64,000 nucleotides of DNA from the human T2T-CHM13v2.0 reference genome, Homo sapiens. This document shows positions 1-13,018 of the stretch, one piece after another (positions within the stretch are counted from its first letter, which is position 1; every line of letters begins with the position of its first letter). Below the pieces are notes generated by a model. The model made no database searches. It worked only from the letters and a program-made list of their open reading frames with translations, and was not told the origin of the DNA. A program made the translations under genes and the position numbers. The DNA lies in the NCBI RefSeq assembly GCF_009914755.1, contig NC_060930.1. One strand, 5' to 3'.

Positions 1-100
1 AAGAGGCTAAGGAATTTGCTCAGGCTCACAAAGTTAGTAAATGACAGAGCCAGCATTCAAGCTCATGTCTTTGAATCCCCAAAGCCCACTGGTTCTTCAT
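1..100 (-). mobile_element. MIR SINE fragment
   Basis: agaggctaaggaatttgctcaggctcaca...agtaaatgacagagccagcattcaa matches the reverse complement of the MIR core. Confidence 0.75.
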
Positions 101-295
101 CATTAATTTAATTTAAACCTTTTACGTAGTGATTACAAAGGAAGTTTATTTGGTAGTATGTCTTAATAGTTTATTAAGTGACCACTTATATTTTGTCTTT
201 TTCCATTTTATGAGTTCCTGATTTCTCAAGACTTTTATGTGAGTAGCTTTATTAATTTTTTTTTTTTTTGCATACTGAATAAGAAACTTCATTAC

Positions 296-1050
296 CTCAT
301 TCTCCATTATTTACCCAACCGGTTACATTGAGCTTCCAAGTTTCAGCTAAGGGTTTATAAATCAGTTTTTGTTGTATTCACCATTTCTCCTAGTACTATG
401 GTTTCATTGTATGATGATCATTTTGAAGTCTGCATTTATTGCAAAGGTAAAACTTTCCACATATTAGTTCTTTTAAAAATTTAGTTTGATTCCCAGATCA
501 TGTTCTTAGGCTGCCAAAATTGCTCTGTGGCAATGTTGAAACTGATGATAAATAGAGAATGTTTAGATTGAGACTTGTGAAACTGGACTGAGGCACTTAT
601 CTTTAGATCCAACTTTGGTGATGTATGTATTATAATTCCTGGCAAGAGAAAAGCCGTTTCTAATTGACGGAAACTTTTTTTCTGAAGTAGACTCTCACAG
701 AAACTCCCTAGGTAGCAATGAAAAGAAAATGTTGAATTCTCTGCCTTTGTTATTGAAGAACATAACAGGCAGTGTCTTCAACAGCAACTTTACCAATCAT
801 GCAGAAAATGTCTTCATATGGCTGAGTTTCCACAATGTCGGCTTTGAATCAGTGTTTAGGGAATCAATTTACAATATAGTTTTGAATACATTCCCATGGG
901 AGCTGACATGATGTAGGCCAGGGAAGTAATTTTCTCTTGACCAGATTGGATGGGGAATAGGACTGAGGTTATTGAGTCAGAGTGATTTAGATAGAATATT
1001 TTTTAGATTTTTTGTCAGTCTTAATTAGTTAATCAACACCTCAGCTCATT
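296..1050 (-). pseudogene. Possible decayed exon of a minus-strand pseudogene
   Basis: Acceptor ttgtgttttacag| at 1051 and donor gag|gtaatg at 295; non-repetitive; all frames contain stops. Confidence 0.2.
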
Positions 1051-1413
1051 CTGTAAAACACAACTAGAATGAACATATGCAGCTCAAAAAACATAAATAT
1101 TTGAACAAATCTGGGCAAGGTGAAAAGTACAGCAAGGAATTAATAAGCCAGTAGTAAGACTGATGCCCAGAAATGTATAACACACCACTCTATAGAGTAG
1201 CTAGAAGTGGCTGAGAATTTGGCTTTAAGTTGCCTAGGGGCTGAAGAACAATTAAAAAATAATTTTAATAGTCAACGTCCATAAGATAGAAATCAATTAG
1301 AGATTCATGAGAAACACAGATATTTCTGATATCAAAACTTGAATTTTTCTTCCACGGGTATTCATAAACAGCCTAAAAATGTCCCTAATGATACTTTCAT
1401 AGTTGATACAGTT

Positions 1414-1894
1414 TGTGATAGTTAATCTTATGTATTAACTTGACCATATCGAGGGATACCCAGATAGTTGATTAAAAAATATTTCTGGGTGTGTCTGTGA
1501 GGTTACTGGAAGAAAATAGCATTTCAATCAGTACAGTGAGTGAAGAAGATATGCCCTCACCAAGGTGAGCAGGCATAATCCAATCCACTGAGGGCCCAGA
1601 TAGAGCAAAAAGGTGCAAGAAGGGCACATTTGCACCTTTCCTCCATCCCCCAACAGTTTCTCAGGCCTTTCACCCTGGACTAAGAGTTATACCATCTGTA
1701 ATACTGGTTCTCAGGCCTTCAGTCTCAGACTGAATTACACCAATGACTTTCCTGGTTCTCCAGATTGCAGACAGTATTCAGTGGGACTTCTTGGTCTTTG
1801 TAATCACATGAGCCAATTCCCGTAATAGATTCCCTTTTATATATCCATATATGTACTATTGGTTCTGTTTCTCTGGAAAACTGTAATGAATACA
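1414..1894 (+). mobile_element. MLT2 (ERVL) solo LTR
   Basis: Starts tgtgatagttaat...ttctgggtgtgtctgtgagg, ends ctattggttctgtttctctgga...aataca; near-TSD cagtt/caatt. Confidence 0.9.
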
Positions 1895-3261
1895 CAATTA
1901 TATGGTTATACATTCTAATGTTTGAACATAGCCTTCGGAGTAACCTGAATACATGATACAGCCTTATAATTCAGTGAAAGCAGTTCTGTTGCCAGTGTTG
2001 GGGGTGAGCATAAATAATTTGACCTAGATATTTAGCTCTGAAATAATAAGGCTGTTTCAAGTGAAAAGTTAGAACAAGTAGTGATAGCATACAGGAATGG
2101 GACTGCACATTTTTAGAACATAAATATTTTCTAATTAAAACTAACATTTTGCTGTTATAAAAGCTGTATATGTATATTGTAGAAAATCAACAGATACAGA
2201 TAAATAAAAAGAAGAAAAAAAAGAAACCATTTTATCCCTACCCAGAAAAAAATAAACATAGTAAGCGTTTTGCAAAAAAAGTCACATTATGCATGCTATT
2301 TTGTAAGTTGCTTTTTCTGGTTAAATTTTTGGTTAAAATATTTACTTTTCATGTCAATAAATTTTATCTCAGCTAATAACCATTTCATGCTCCATATGCC
2401 CCAATTGTTTCCCAAATGTTCTTTGTATAACTGGTTTATTGAAACTGGAATCCAATCCCGGTCTATATATTGAATCTTATGTTGGTTAAGCATTTGTCCA
2501 TCTAGAACAGTGCTTTTTTATCATGACCTTGACTTGTTGAAGAGACTGCTATTCGTCCTGCAATATATCTCATTTTCTATTTTATCTGGTTTCTCTCTTG
2601 TGGAAAATCATCTATATTTCCTAATTAATATGTGTTTACCACATTGCGTTAAATCAGGAGACACATTATATATGGTTGTCCCATTCTTAGTAATGTTCAG
2701 ACTGACCCATGAATTAGAGTGATAAAAGCCTGGTCCCTCCTTTGTACAAATGTGTCTTCTAATTGAATCATGAAAGTAATCAATGGAGTGTTACTTTTTC
2801 ACTACATATATGTCAGTTCTCCACCAATTGTTCACCTAATGGTCTTAATTATAATCGATAATCCTTAATTAACGTGCTGTCTGTTATGTGATATTTACTT
2901 GCTAGCATTCTCCTGGAATATAGAAGCATAAATTTAAGTCACCTATTTGGTTATCTTTAAGTACAGTTTTTATTGAAAAATCAGGATAAATAGTTAATTT
3001 CTCATTTATTCAATTTTCAAAATATGAATTTGGCTTAATAAATACCTCAAATATTAGCAGCTAAATTTTCTGGTGTTATCTTCCTATTATATTGTATCCA
3101 TGAAGTCTCAGGAAATTCATGTGGCTTATTTAATTAGAACCATTATTATTTTTGTTCCCTTATATTAGCTTTTGGGTTTCCCCTTATATTAGCTTTTGAT
3201 CAACCCTACTAATCTTTGAAAGCTTCTTGCTTCCTGTCACAAGAACAAATCTCAAACTCAC

Positions 3262-3326
3262 CTTGTACCATCCCTACCCCAGTCTTGGAATCAGCTGTTT
3301 CTTCAGGTGAAGAATGGTATGAGAGA
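3262..3326 (-). pseudogene. Candidate 65-nt exon
   Basis: Acceptor tcatattttag| and strong donor caag|gtgagt. Confidence 0.4.
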
Positions 3327-3577
3327 CTAAAATATGACATGATAGTTCCTGTGGTCATGTTACTTTTAACAGCTATAAATATTATTTTCTCCAAGTAAGT
3401 AAGCATGGGCAGCTGAAATTTCAAAGATGTGTTTACTCCTTATTATCTGGAACAGTTAGGTTACTTATTAAGAGCAGAAGTTTATAATTAATGACCAGTC
3501 CAAAGGTAGAATATGGTCCTTTTGTAAAAATTAAGAAGCCTAATCAAGATTGATGCCTGAATGAATGGCATTCTCAC

Positions 3578-3800
3578 CTTTGCATAAAAACAAAATGAAA
3601 GGCAACAAATCTTCAATTCTCAGCCAATGCAGTTATTATGTGGATCACAGTATAGCAAAGAATAAAAATAGGAGATTTGTGCCTAATTCAGTTCTTTTTT
3701 TCTTATATAGTTTTTTTTTGTGTGTGTTAAAGACACAGTCCTTTAGTTCGTGAAAATCTTATTATTTGAGGTTCCATTCATTAAATGTCTAAACTGTAAG
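3578..3800 (-). pseudogene. Candidate decayed exon containing LHWLRIEDLL
   Basis: Donor caaag|gtgaga at 3577 and acceptor ttttctgtctcctggccag near 3801; phase compatible with 3262-3326; stops upstream. Confidence 0.3.
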
Positions 3801-4399
3801 TCTGGCCAGGAGACAGAAAATAAAACTTTTGTAAATAGGAAATTTGATCCACAATTGTCATTAAATAGTATCTCTAAAACCTCTCACTTATCTTTGTAAT
3901 TTGAAAAAAAAGTACAGAATATCAAAGTTTTTTAAAGATACCTTACAAACATTTGTTTATCTATATCCACATCTATATCTATCTGTGTCTTAGTTGTCTA
4001 CAACCAAGTGCTGAGGATTGAAAACCAAGTTATTAAACTACTCTAACCTTAGAATTTCCTGATCTATGCAGAGGCAAGGAATAAGAAATCTCTGACTCTG
4101 CTTTCTCAGAAAAGGACTCACTTTTGAAACTCTTTTGCTGCTCTCTAATCCATGGTTGTCTTAGAATAAGCATTTGAAGTGAGAGCAAATGTTATTACAA
4201 TTGAATTTCTGAATATTTTTAAAGGAAAGATGGTAATTTAAACATGCAATAGAATAATTGCATTTTAAAAATCTTTGACTTTGTAGAATAAGTGCATAGA
4301 TTTTAAATATTTTTCAATAGAAAGTAGGGGCCTTGCTTATTACTGTTTTCTACTCAAGTAAAATTTAGGTCTTAGTTTATCTTAAAACATAATTGGGAA

Positions 4400-6660
4400 G
4401 TTTTGCTTCTAGTAGTAGTAGAGTAGCTAGTGCTGGATTAACCATCTCGCAGAAAAGAATAATACATTCTAGATAAAAAAGAACCACTATTTGAAGGCAC
4501 TGTATAGTGACCAAAAGCAGGCAGAAACTGGAGGAGTGTAGACTCCTGAAAAGGGAAACTTCGCTGAGTGAATTTCACATTTATGAATTTTCTTCTTAAG
4601 GGCATTCTTCATTCAGAGTGACTGGAACTCAAGTAGAACTTGTAGTCTTACTGACTTGAGAAATCAGAAGATAGAGTTCAGTATTGCCCAGGTAGATGAA
4701 AAGAAGGGGATGATTCTTGGAAAGCAGGGAGGTAGTTGAGGTGAAGTCCCCCACATCAGCATATAAACCCTATCTAAGTCCTTGACTGATCCCTGAACTA
4801 CGCATTTATGGGGAAATTAAGCAGATATGAAAGAAAGCAGAAATGAGTGGAAATTTCAGCTGCTCACAGGGGAACCAGAGTTTGAAGTTTGAGTCCAACC
4901 CAGTTAACCAACTGCTAAAAAGAAAAAGAAAACCAATACTCTATTGAAAAAGTAACAAAATCCAGAATACTAAAATACATAATCATAAAGATCAGTAGAG
5001 AATAAAAATTACTTAGCATGTAAAGACACAAGAAAATGTGACTCACAGATAAGATAAAAATCAGTAAATAGAAATCAACCAGAAAATCACTCAGATATTT
5101 GAATTACTAGACCACTACTGTTTAAGTATTTTAAACAAAGTAAGTATTTTAATGGGCTAGAAGAAAAATATGTTGTAATGAATGAACAGATGAGGAATCT
5201 CAGAAGAGTAATGGAAACTTTAAAAGAGAACCAAATGGAAACTGTAAAGTTGAAAATATGTTATCTGAAAAATTTGAGCTGGATGTGCTTAATATCAGAT
5301 AAGAAATGGCAAAATAAGAAGTCAGTTAACATGAGGAGAGATCAATAAAACAGAGGAAAAGACTGAAAAAAAAAACCCCACATTACCAGCCTTAGTGACC
5401 TGTGGGGAAAATATCAAGTAGTCTAAAAATCCATGTAATTAAAGTTCCAGAAAGAAAAGAAAAAGACAGAATTGGGAAGAAGGAATATTTGAAAACATTA
5501 TGTCTAAAATTTTTCCCCAATTAGTGAAAAACATGAACTTGAAAATCCAAGAAACTCAGAAAACTCTAAGTAATAGTGCAAGGATAAATGCAAATAAAGC
5601 CACACCCAGTAATATCATAGTCAAACTGTGGAGATTCAAAAATATAGAGAAGATCTTGAGAGCAGCTTGAGAAGATTGACGCATTACATACAGGGAATAA
5701 TGATGCATGTAATTACTGATGGTAATACATATAAAGAAAAAATGGAGGCCCACAGACAATGAAGCTACGTAGTTAAAGTACTGAAAACAAAGAACGAAAA
5801 AAAAAAAACAACCCTATCAATCTGGATTTTATGTCCAGTGAAAGTGGCTGTGAAAAGTGAAGGCAAAATTAAGATATTTTCAAGCTTAAAATAAAACTGA
5901 GAGAATTAGTCATAGTAGATCTGCACTACAAGAGATGCTAAAGGGTGTTCTTAGGCCTGAAGCAAAATAGAAACTTGGATCTATTGAAAAGATTGAGAAG
6001 CACAAGAAATAATAAATATTTGAATAAATGTAAAAAAATTTTGTCTTCTCTTAATTTATTCAAAAGACATACACATATTTAAACTAAAAATTGATATTTA
6101 TATTTATAGAACATTATACCCAACAGCTTCAGGATACATACTCTTTTAAAGTACATATAAAATGCTCATCAAGACAGATGATCCTTTGTTATACAACAGG
6201 TCTCAATATATTATAAAATATTAAATCTTACAGGGAATGTTCTCTGACCACCATGGAATTAAATTAGAAATCAATAACAATGAGAGGTCTAGAAAATTCC
6301 AAAATACTTAAAAACTAAACTACATTTCTAATGACCCATGGCAAAATAAAAAATTCACAGGAGATTTCAGGAAATGTTTTGAATTAAATAACAAAAAGAC
6401 AATATATAAAAATTTGTTGGAATGCATTTAAAGCAGTGATTAGAAGGAAATGTATGACTTTAGATACTTACATCAGAAAATAAAATGGTTCAAACCATTA
6501 TATGGTTTAAAAATATAAAAGCAAAAGTCAATGAAACAGAAAACATATAAAAGTAGAGAAAATTAACAAAGAAAAAAATGTTGGTTCCTTGAAAATATTA
6601 ATGAAACTTGATAAACCCTTAGCAAGACTGAGTTATAAAAACTAAAAAGCAAAAAGGAGA
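4400..6660 (+). mobile_element. Old L1M (L1MD/ME-type) 5' region, ORF1 and ORF2 remnants
   Basis: A-rich decayed L1 motifs, e.g. tctctgaccaccatggaattaaattagaaatcaataaca. Confidence 0.8.
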
Positions 6661-6665
6661 GACAG

Positions 6666-6672
6666 ATGTGCG

Positions 6673-6715
<43 letters not shown>

Positions 6716-6722
6716 AGAGAGC
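6666..6722. repeat. (CG)5(CA)16(GA)n compound microsatellite
   Basis: Seen directly. Confidence 0.95.
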
Positions 6723-6724
6723 GC

Positions 6725-8368
6725 AAGACAAAGAGCTACAGAACTCTGCTGAAATAAATCATAGATGACACAAAAAAATGGAAAAACAATTAGTAATCAT
6801 GGGTTGCAAGAATCAATATAGTTAAAATTACCACAATGCCCAAAGCAACCCACAAATTCAATGCAATGTCTATTGAATTACCAAAGTCATTTTTCACAGA
6901 ACTATAAAAAAACAATCCTAAAGTTCATAAGAAACCAAAAAAGAGCCCGAATAGTGAACATATTCCTAAGCAAAAAGAACAAATCTGGAGGCATCATATT
7001 GCCTGACTTCAAATTATACTACATGGCTACACCAACTAAAATAGCATGGTACTAGTACAAAAGTAGACACATAGATTAATGGAACAGAATAGAGAACCAA
7101 GAAATAAGGCCACGTGCTTATAATCAACTGATCTTTGACAAAGTCGATAAAAATAAACAATGGGGAAAGGACATCCGATTCATTGAATGGTGATGGGCAA
7201 ACTGGCTAGGCATATGCAGAAGAATGAAACTGGACTGCTGTCTCTCAGTATATACAAAAATTAACCCAAGATGGATTGCAGATTTAAGTGTAAGACCCGA
7301 AACTGTGAAAAATCCTAGAAGAAAACCCAGGGAAAACTCTTATGGACAGTGACCAAAGCAAATAATTTATGATGAAGACCCCAAAAGCAAAGCAAATGCA
7401 ACAAAAAAATAGATAAATAAGACTTCATTAAACAAAGTCTTCTGCACAGAAAAGAACCCATCAACAGAGTAAATAGACAACCCACAGAATGGGAAAAAAT
7501 ATTTACAAATTATGCCTCTGACAAAGGACTAATAGCCAGAATCTACAAGGAAATCAAATAACTGAACAAGAAGAAAACAACCCCAGTAAGAACTGAGCAA
7601 AGGACATGAACAGGCATTTCTTCTTTTGAAAAGATGTCATCAGGAAATGCTAATTAAAACCACAATGAAATATCATCTTATACCAGTCAGAATGGATATT
7701 ATTAAAAAAATATAAAAACCCCAGATATTGGCATGCATGAGGAGAAAAGGGAACACTTATACACCGTTGGTGGGAATATAAAGTAGTTCAACCTCTATGG
7801 AAAACAGTATGAAGATGTCTCAAATAACTAAAAATATAACTACAATTCAAGTCAGCAATTCCACTACTGGGTGTGTATCCAAAGTAAAAGAAATCACACA
7901 AAAAAGACATCTGCACTCATATGTTCATTGCAACACTATTCACAATAGCAAAGTTATGGAGCCAACCTAAGTGTCCATCAGTGGTTGACTGGATAAAGAA
8001 AATGTGGTGTATAGACACATTGGAATACTATACAGCCCCCTAAAAGAATGAAATCACGTACTTTGCCCAAACATGGATAAAGCTGAAGGCTACTATCCTA
8101 TGTGAACTAATTCAGAAACAGAAAATCAAATACCACATACTCTCATTTATAAGTGGGAGCTAAATACTAGGTACACATAAACATAAAGATGGATATAATA
8201 GGCACTGGGGACTCCAAAAGGGGGAAGAATGGAAGGAAGTTCAGAGTTGAATAATTGCCTGTCAGGTAAATGTTTTTGGGTAATAGGTATGCTAGAAGCC
8301 CATTTCCCACCAGTACACAATATTCTCACAAATATGCACATGTACCCCATGAATCTAAAAATAAAAAT
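6725..8368 (+). mobile_element. 5'-truncated L1PB (L1PB3/4-like), ORF2 3' part and 3'UTR
   Basis: ORF remnant [17 protein letters not shown]...AWY; 3'UTR ends gcacatgtaccccatgaatctaaaaataaaaa. Confidence 0.9.
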
Positions 8369-8379
8369 TTAAGAACTGC

Positions 8380-9430
8380 TATCTAATGTCCCTAAAGAAC
8401 ATAGATGTAAGATTATTAATAATAGCAGACCAAATCCGGTAATGTATAAAAAGAGTAATAAATCATGACCAGGTAAGACTTATCCAAGGAATGCCAGGTT
8501 AAATTTAACAGTTGAAAATCAGGGTAACTAATCACATTAATAGAATGAAGGGGAAACACCATATGATTACATCAATGAGAAAATTATTTGAAAATTAAAT
8601 TCTTTTATTATTAAAACTTTCAGCAATTTTGAGAGAGAACTTCTTCAGTCCAATAAAGAACATCTATAAAACAAAAACTACAGCTTACACCATAGTTAAT
8701 GATGCAATATTCTGTAATATCCCCCTCAGATTAGGAGCAAATTAAGCATGTTCATACTCACTACTTCTATTCAAAATTGTTCTAGAGGTTTTAGTCAGTA
8801 TAATAAGGCAAAAAAGCATAAAGATTGTAATGAAAGGTGTAAAACAATCTTTATTCACACAGGATATGATTGTTTATGTGGATATTCCTAAGGAATCTCA
8901 GTGACTGCAAGAAATGAGCAAATTCAGTGATTTCATATGTACAAGGTTGATTTACAAAAATGATTTACAAAAATCAAAACTATATATACTAGCTGTAAAT
9001 AGAAGACAAGTTAAAAATACATTTAAAATATCATAAAAACTTAAAATATTCTGGAATCAATTTAATAAAATATATGAAAGTCTTCTGTACTGAAATCCAC
9101 AAAACTAGGCTGAAAGAAATGTAGACAAATATACTATATTCATGAATTGAAAGATTTAATTTTATTAACTTGATATTTTTTCTAACTTAATCTTTTAATT
9201 TATGCAATCCCAATCATAACACCAATATAAATTTATATTCAAATTATCAGGCTCATTATAAAATTTATGTGAAAATACAAAAAAATCCTGGAATCATCAA
9301 AATAATTTTGAGAAGTAATAAAATTGGAGGATTTAAATTACCTTATTTCAAAATATACAATAAAAATTATTATTCAAGAGAATGTAGTATTGGCAAAATG
9401 ATAGACAAATGGATCAATGAGACCCAATAT
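8380..9430 (+). mobile_element. Old L1M ORF2 continuation
   Basis: Decayed RT-region sequence that resumes after the L1PB insertion. Confidence 0.75.
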
Positions 9431-9431
9431 A

Positions 9432-9690
9432 AAATGAAGTAACTCAGGAATGGAAAACCGAACATCGTATATTCTCACTCATAAGTGGGAGCTAAGCTGT
9501 GAGGATGCAAAGACATAATAAGAAGGATACAATGAATGGGAAGTGGGTGTGGAATAAAAGACTACAAATTGGGTTCAGTGTATATTGCTTGGGTGATGGG
9601 TGCACCAAAATCTCACAAATCACCACTAAAAAACTAACTCAAGTAACCAAGTAGCACCTGTTCCCCCAAAAACCTATGGAAAAAAAATTT
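9432..9690 (+). mobile_element. L1PB1-like 3' end
   Basis: gaagtaactcaggaatggaaaacc...ggtgatgggtgcaccaaaatctcacaaatcaccactaaa...acctatggaaaaaaaa. Confidence 0.9.
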
Positions 9691-9703
9691 TTAAGAGAAA
9701 AAT

Positions 9704-9984
9704 AATCATCATTCTCAGTAAACTATCCCAAGATCAAAAAACCAAACACCGCATATTCTCACTCATAGGTGGGAATTGAACAATGAGAACACAAGGACAC
9801 AGGAAGGGGAACATCACACTCTGGAGACTGTTGTGGGGTGGGGGGAGGGGGGAGGGATAGCTTTAGGAGATATACCTAATGCTAAATGACGAGTTAATTG
9901 GTGCAGCGCACCAGCATGGCACATGTATACCTATGTAACTAACCTGCACATTGTGCACATGTACCCTAAAACTTAAAGTATAAT
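9704..9984 (+). mobile_element. L1PA3-like 3' end
   Basis: G-rich 3'UTR, gctaaatgacgagttaat, ends ccctaaaacttaaagtataat. Confidence 0.92.
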
Positions 9985-10086
9985 TATATATATATATATA
10001 AATATATATATATATAAATATATATATAAATATATATATAAATATATAAATATATATATTAATATATATATAAATATATATATATA

Positions 10087-10117
<31 letters not shown>
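9985..10117. repeat. (TA)n-rich microsatellite
   Basis: Seen directly; occupies the position of the L1 poly(A) tail. Confidence 0.95.
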
Positions 10118-10123
<6 letters not shown>

Positions 10124-10395
10124 ACTTAGGAATGAAAAGCCAAATATTGTTTGTTCTCACTGATATATGGGAGCTAAGCTATGAGGACACAAATGCATAA
10201 GAATGATACAATGGACTTTGGGAACTTGGAAGGGTGGAAGCGGGGGCAAGGGATAAAAGACTACAAATAGGGTGCAGTGTCCACTGCTCGGGTGATGGGT
10301 GCACCAAAATCTCACAAATTACCACTAAAGAACCTACTCATGTAACCAAATACCACCTGTACCCCCAACAACCTATGGACAAATTATTTTAAAAA
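10118..10395 (+). mobile_element. Second L1PB1-like 3' end
   Basis: gaaataacttaggaatg...ggtgatgggtgcaccaaaatctcacaaattaccactaaagaac...acctatggac. Confidence 0.9.
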
Positions 10396-10514
10396 GAAGT
10401 GAAAGAATCATTATACCACAATCAATATTTCTAGAAACATCAAAAGCCACAATAAACCAATTCCCCTTTATGTTGTAGAACATTAGTTGAATAGCATTGC
10501 TTTATAAAAAAAAA

Positions 10515-11040
10515 AAGTCTAGAAATAGATCAACGTATATTCAGTCAATTGATGTTTGACAAAGGTGCTGAAAAGCAATTCTGTGGAGAATGGATAGTAT
10601 ACTTCAATATAAAAGCTACATTTCTGTTATTTTTGAAATAAAATTAAGAAGATTATTTTTGTAATCTGGGATTGGCAAATAATTCTTAGAGAATAAATAC
10701 AGAATAATATAAAATTAAAAATGATTCTTTTTTTGAAATTATAAGCATCTTCTCATCAACATACACTATTAAGAAAATGAAAAGACAAACTAGATTGGGA
10801 GAAAGTATTTACAAAATATATATGTGATAAATAACTTATCTAGAATACATAATATAATACATCATAGTAATAAAAACACAATGACTTAGTAAAAAATGGG
10901 CAGAAATTGGAACAGAAAATTCATCAAGGAAGATTTATCAAAGAGCCAATAAACATATTGGAAAATGTATTTAATATCCTTAGTCATCAGGGAAATGTAA
11001 ATTACGATTATAATAATATAGTACTATACAATCATAAAAT
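10515..11040 (+). mobile_element. Old L1M ORF2 3' remnant
   Basis: ttgatgtttgacaaaggtg...ttagtcatcagggaaatgtaaatt. Confidence 0.7.
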
Positions 11041-11044
11041 AGCC

Positions 11045-11355
11045 CCATTTCAACTGAAGTCATGTGACAAATTCTAGCCAATGAGTTGGGAACAAAAGTG
11101 AGCTATATCATGTGGGGGCTGGCACATTTAATTGTTGATGCAAAACACCTAGAGTTTTTTCCTCCTGGTGTCTTGACTTGTAACCTTGGAGATGGTGGCT
11201 GACTCAGTCACTCAGCGGACTCCCTGAATGAATATCATGTACAGAGCCTCCCCTTTAATCCATAACAGACATGGAGTGAAATCATTTTTGTTTTTATAAT
11301 TCACTGAAATTTGAGGGTTGTTTATTACTGCAGCCTAAAATAGCCTGATCTAATA
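11045..11355 (+). mobile_element. MLT1 (MaLR) LTR fragment
   Basis: catgtgac...tctagccaatgag; 3' end cactgaaatttgagggttgtttattactgcagc...cctgatctaata. Confidence 0.7.
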
Positions 11356-11518
11356 GCATGGTTGAAAAAACCTGATTTTGGCTATCAACAGTCCCTGGAT
11401 CAAACATTCAGGTGCAGGGCACAATTTTTTTTTTTTTTTAACTATACCACCAGTGTTATTCTGCTACTTTGTTGACAGGTTGTATAATTATGACAGCACT
11501 CTTTTAAATAATGATTCT

Positions 11519-11843
<325 letters not shown>

Positions 11844-12762
11844 TGACAATATTCATAATTATGCAACCTGTATATACCTGTATATTGCAACTCTGAAATG
11901 CTGACCACTGTATGGATATGCCTATCCATTGTCTCTTGTAATACAAGGCCTGGGAGAGGACTGAACATCAGTGTCAGCTCTGGCCAGGGCTACCACAAAG
12001 AACAACCCTTTCACTTTTTAGTTACAAATATAGGTCATCACACTTGTTGTAAGTTCTCATAAGATTATTTCACTAACTCTGGGACTTCTCAAATAAATTA
12101 TGAACTTCAAGGATACCAATATTTTAGATAACGGCAATTCTTATATATATTATTTCTAAGACTACAAGTTTTTTTCTCAATCATGTGGCTCTATTTTATG
12201 TACTGTTCTTTCTTATTCTCTTATAATAACTGGTACTATAAAAAAGAGTGAGGACAATTTTCCTTATCTTATTGGCAAAAATTAATTTAAGTGGAAGCAT
12301 GTAGGATCTAATTGTTAATTTGCATATTTAGTGTAAATAATTAAGCACTTTAACATGTTAGCCTTAATGTATTCTTCAGATTCAATCTGATTTTTGTCTG
12401 AAATATTATTGAAAGTAGTTAAATTATTTGTAACAGCTGGGATTTCTACTTTGACTTGCTAGAATTAGGGAAAAAAATGGTTTCCACTGAAGCCAAAGCT
12501 CAAATCATCAAAAAAAATCCCCAATAAAAAACATTTTTCACATTTATCACATGACTTAATGTGATACAACATAATTATAAATATAAAAATATAACTTATG
12601 TATATAAATATATAATTTACATATAACTCCATATATATAAAAAAACTCCCTTTTATTCTACCATCTCACGGTGTATCATATTAAAATGATTTTTCTTGGA
12701 AAAAAGTCATCTTCTGAAATATTTGTGGTGTGAACAAATAATCATTATGTGGCACCACAAGA

Positions 12763-13018
12763 CTACTTTTGTTCTAAGAATTTAGAATTTTGAAACACCT
12801 TTTTCTGAACTTCAGAGTAGCCTATACAGAATTCAGTCACAAAGAAGGCTGGGAAACACTCAAGGATCAGCTCCACAAGAGCTTGTGATACCTTTTGCCA
12901 TATGCAGAGTGGAAAAGGGAGAGTGTACGTCTCATGAGGGACAAAATGACAGTATATTTTAAGAAAGTTCATGTGCACTCCAAGGTATTCTCATGCAATC
13001 TGCTCCCGGGTTCGTAGC
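12763..13018 (-). pseudogene. Candidate decayed exon, RGS C-terminal-like (LRTREQIA*EYLG...WQKVSQALVELILECFPAFFVTEF)
   Basis: Acceptor attgttcag| at 13019; ~85-codon frame with one internal TGA (CGA>TGA plausible); RGS resemblance judged by eye. Confidence 0.4.
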
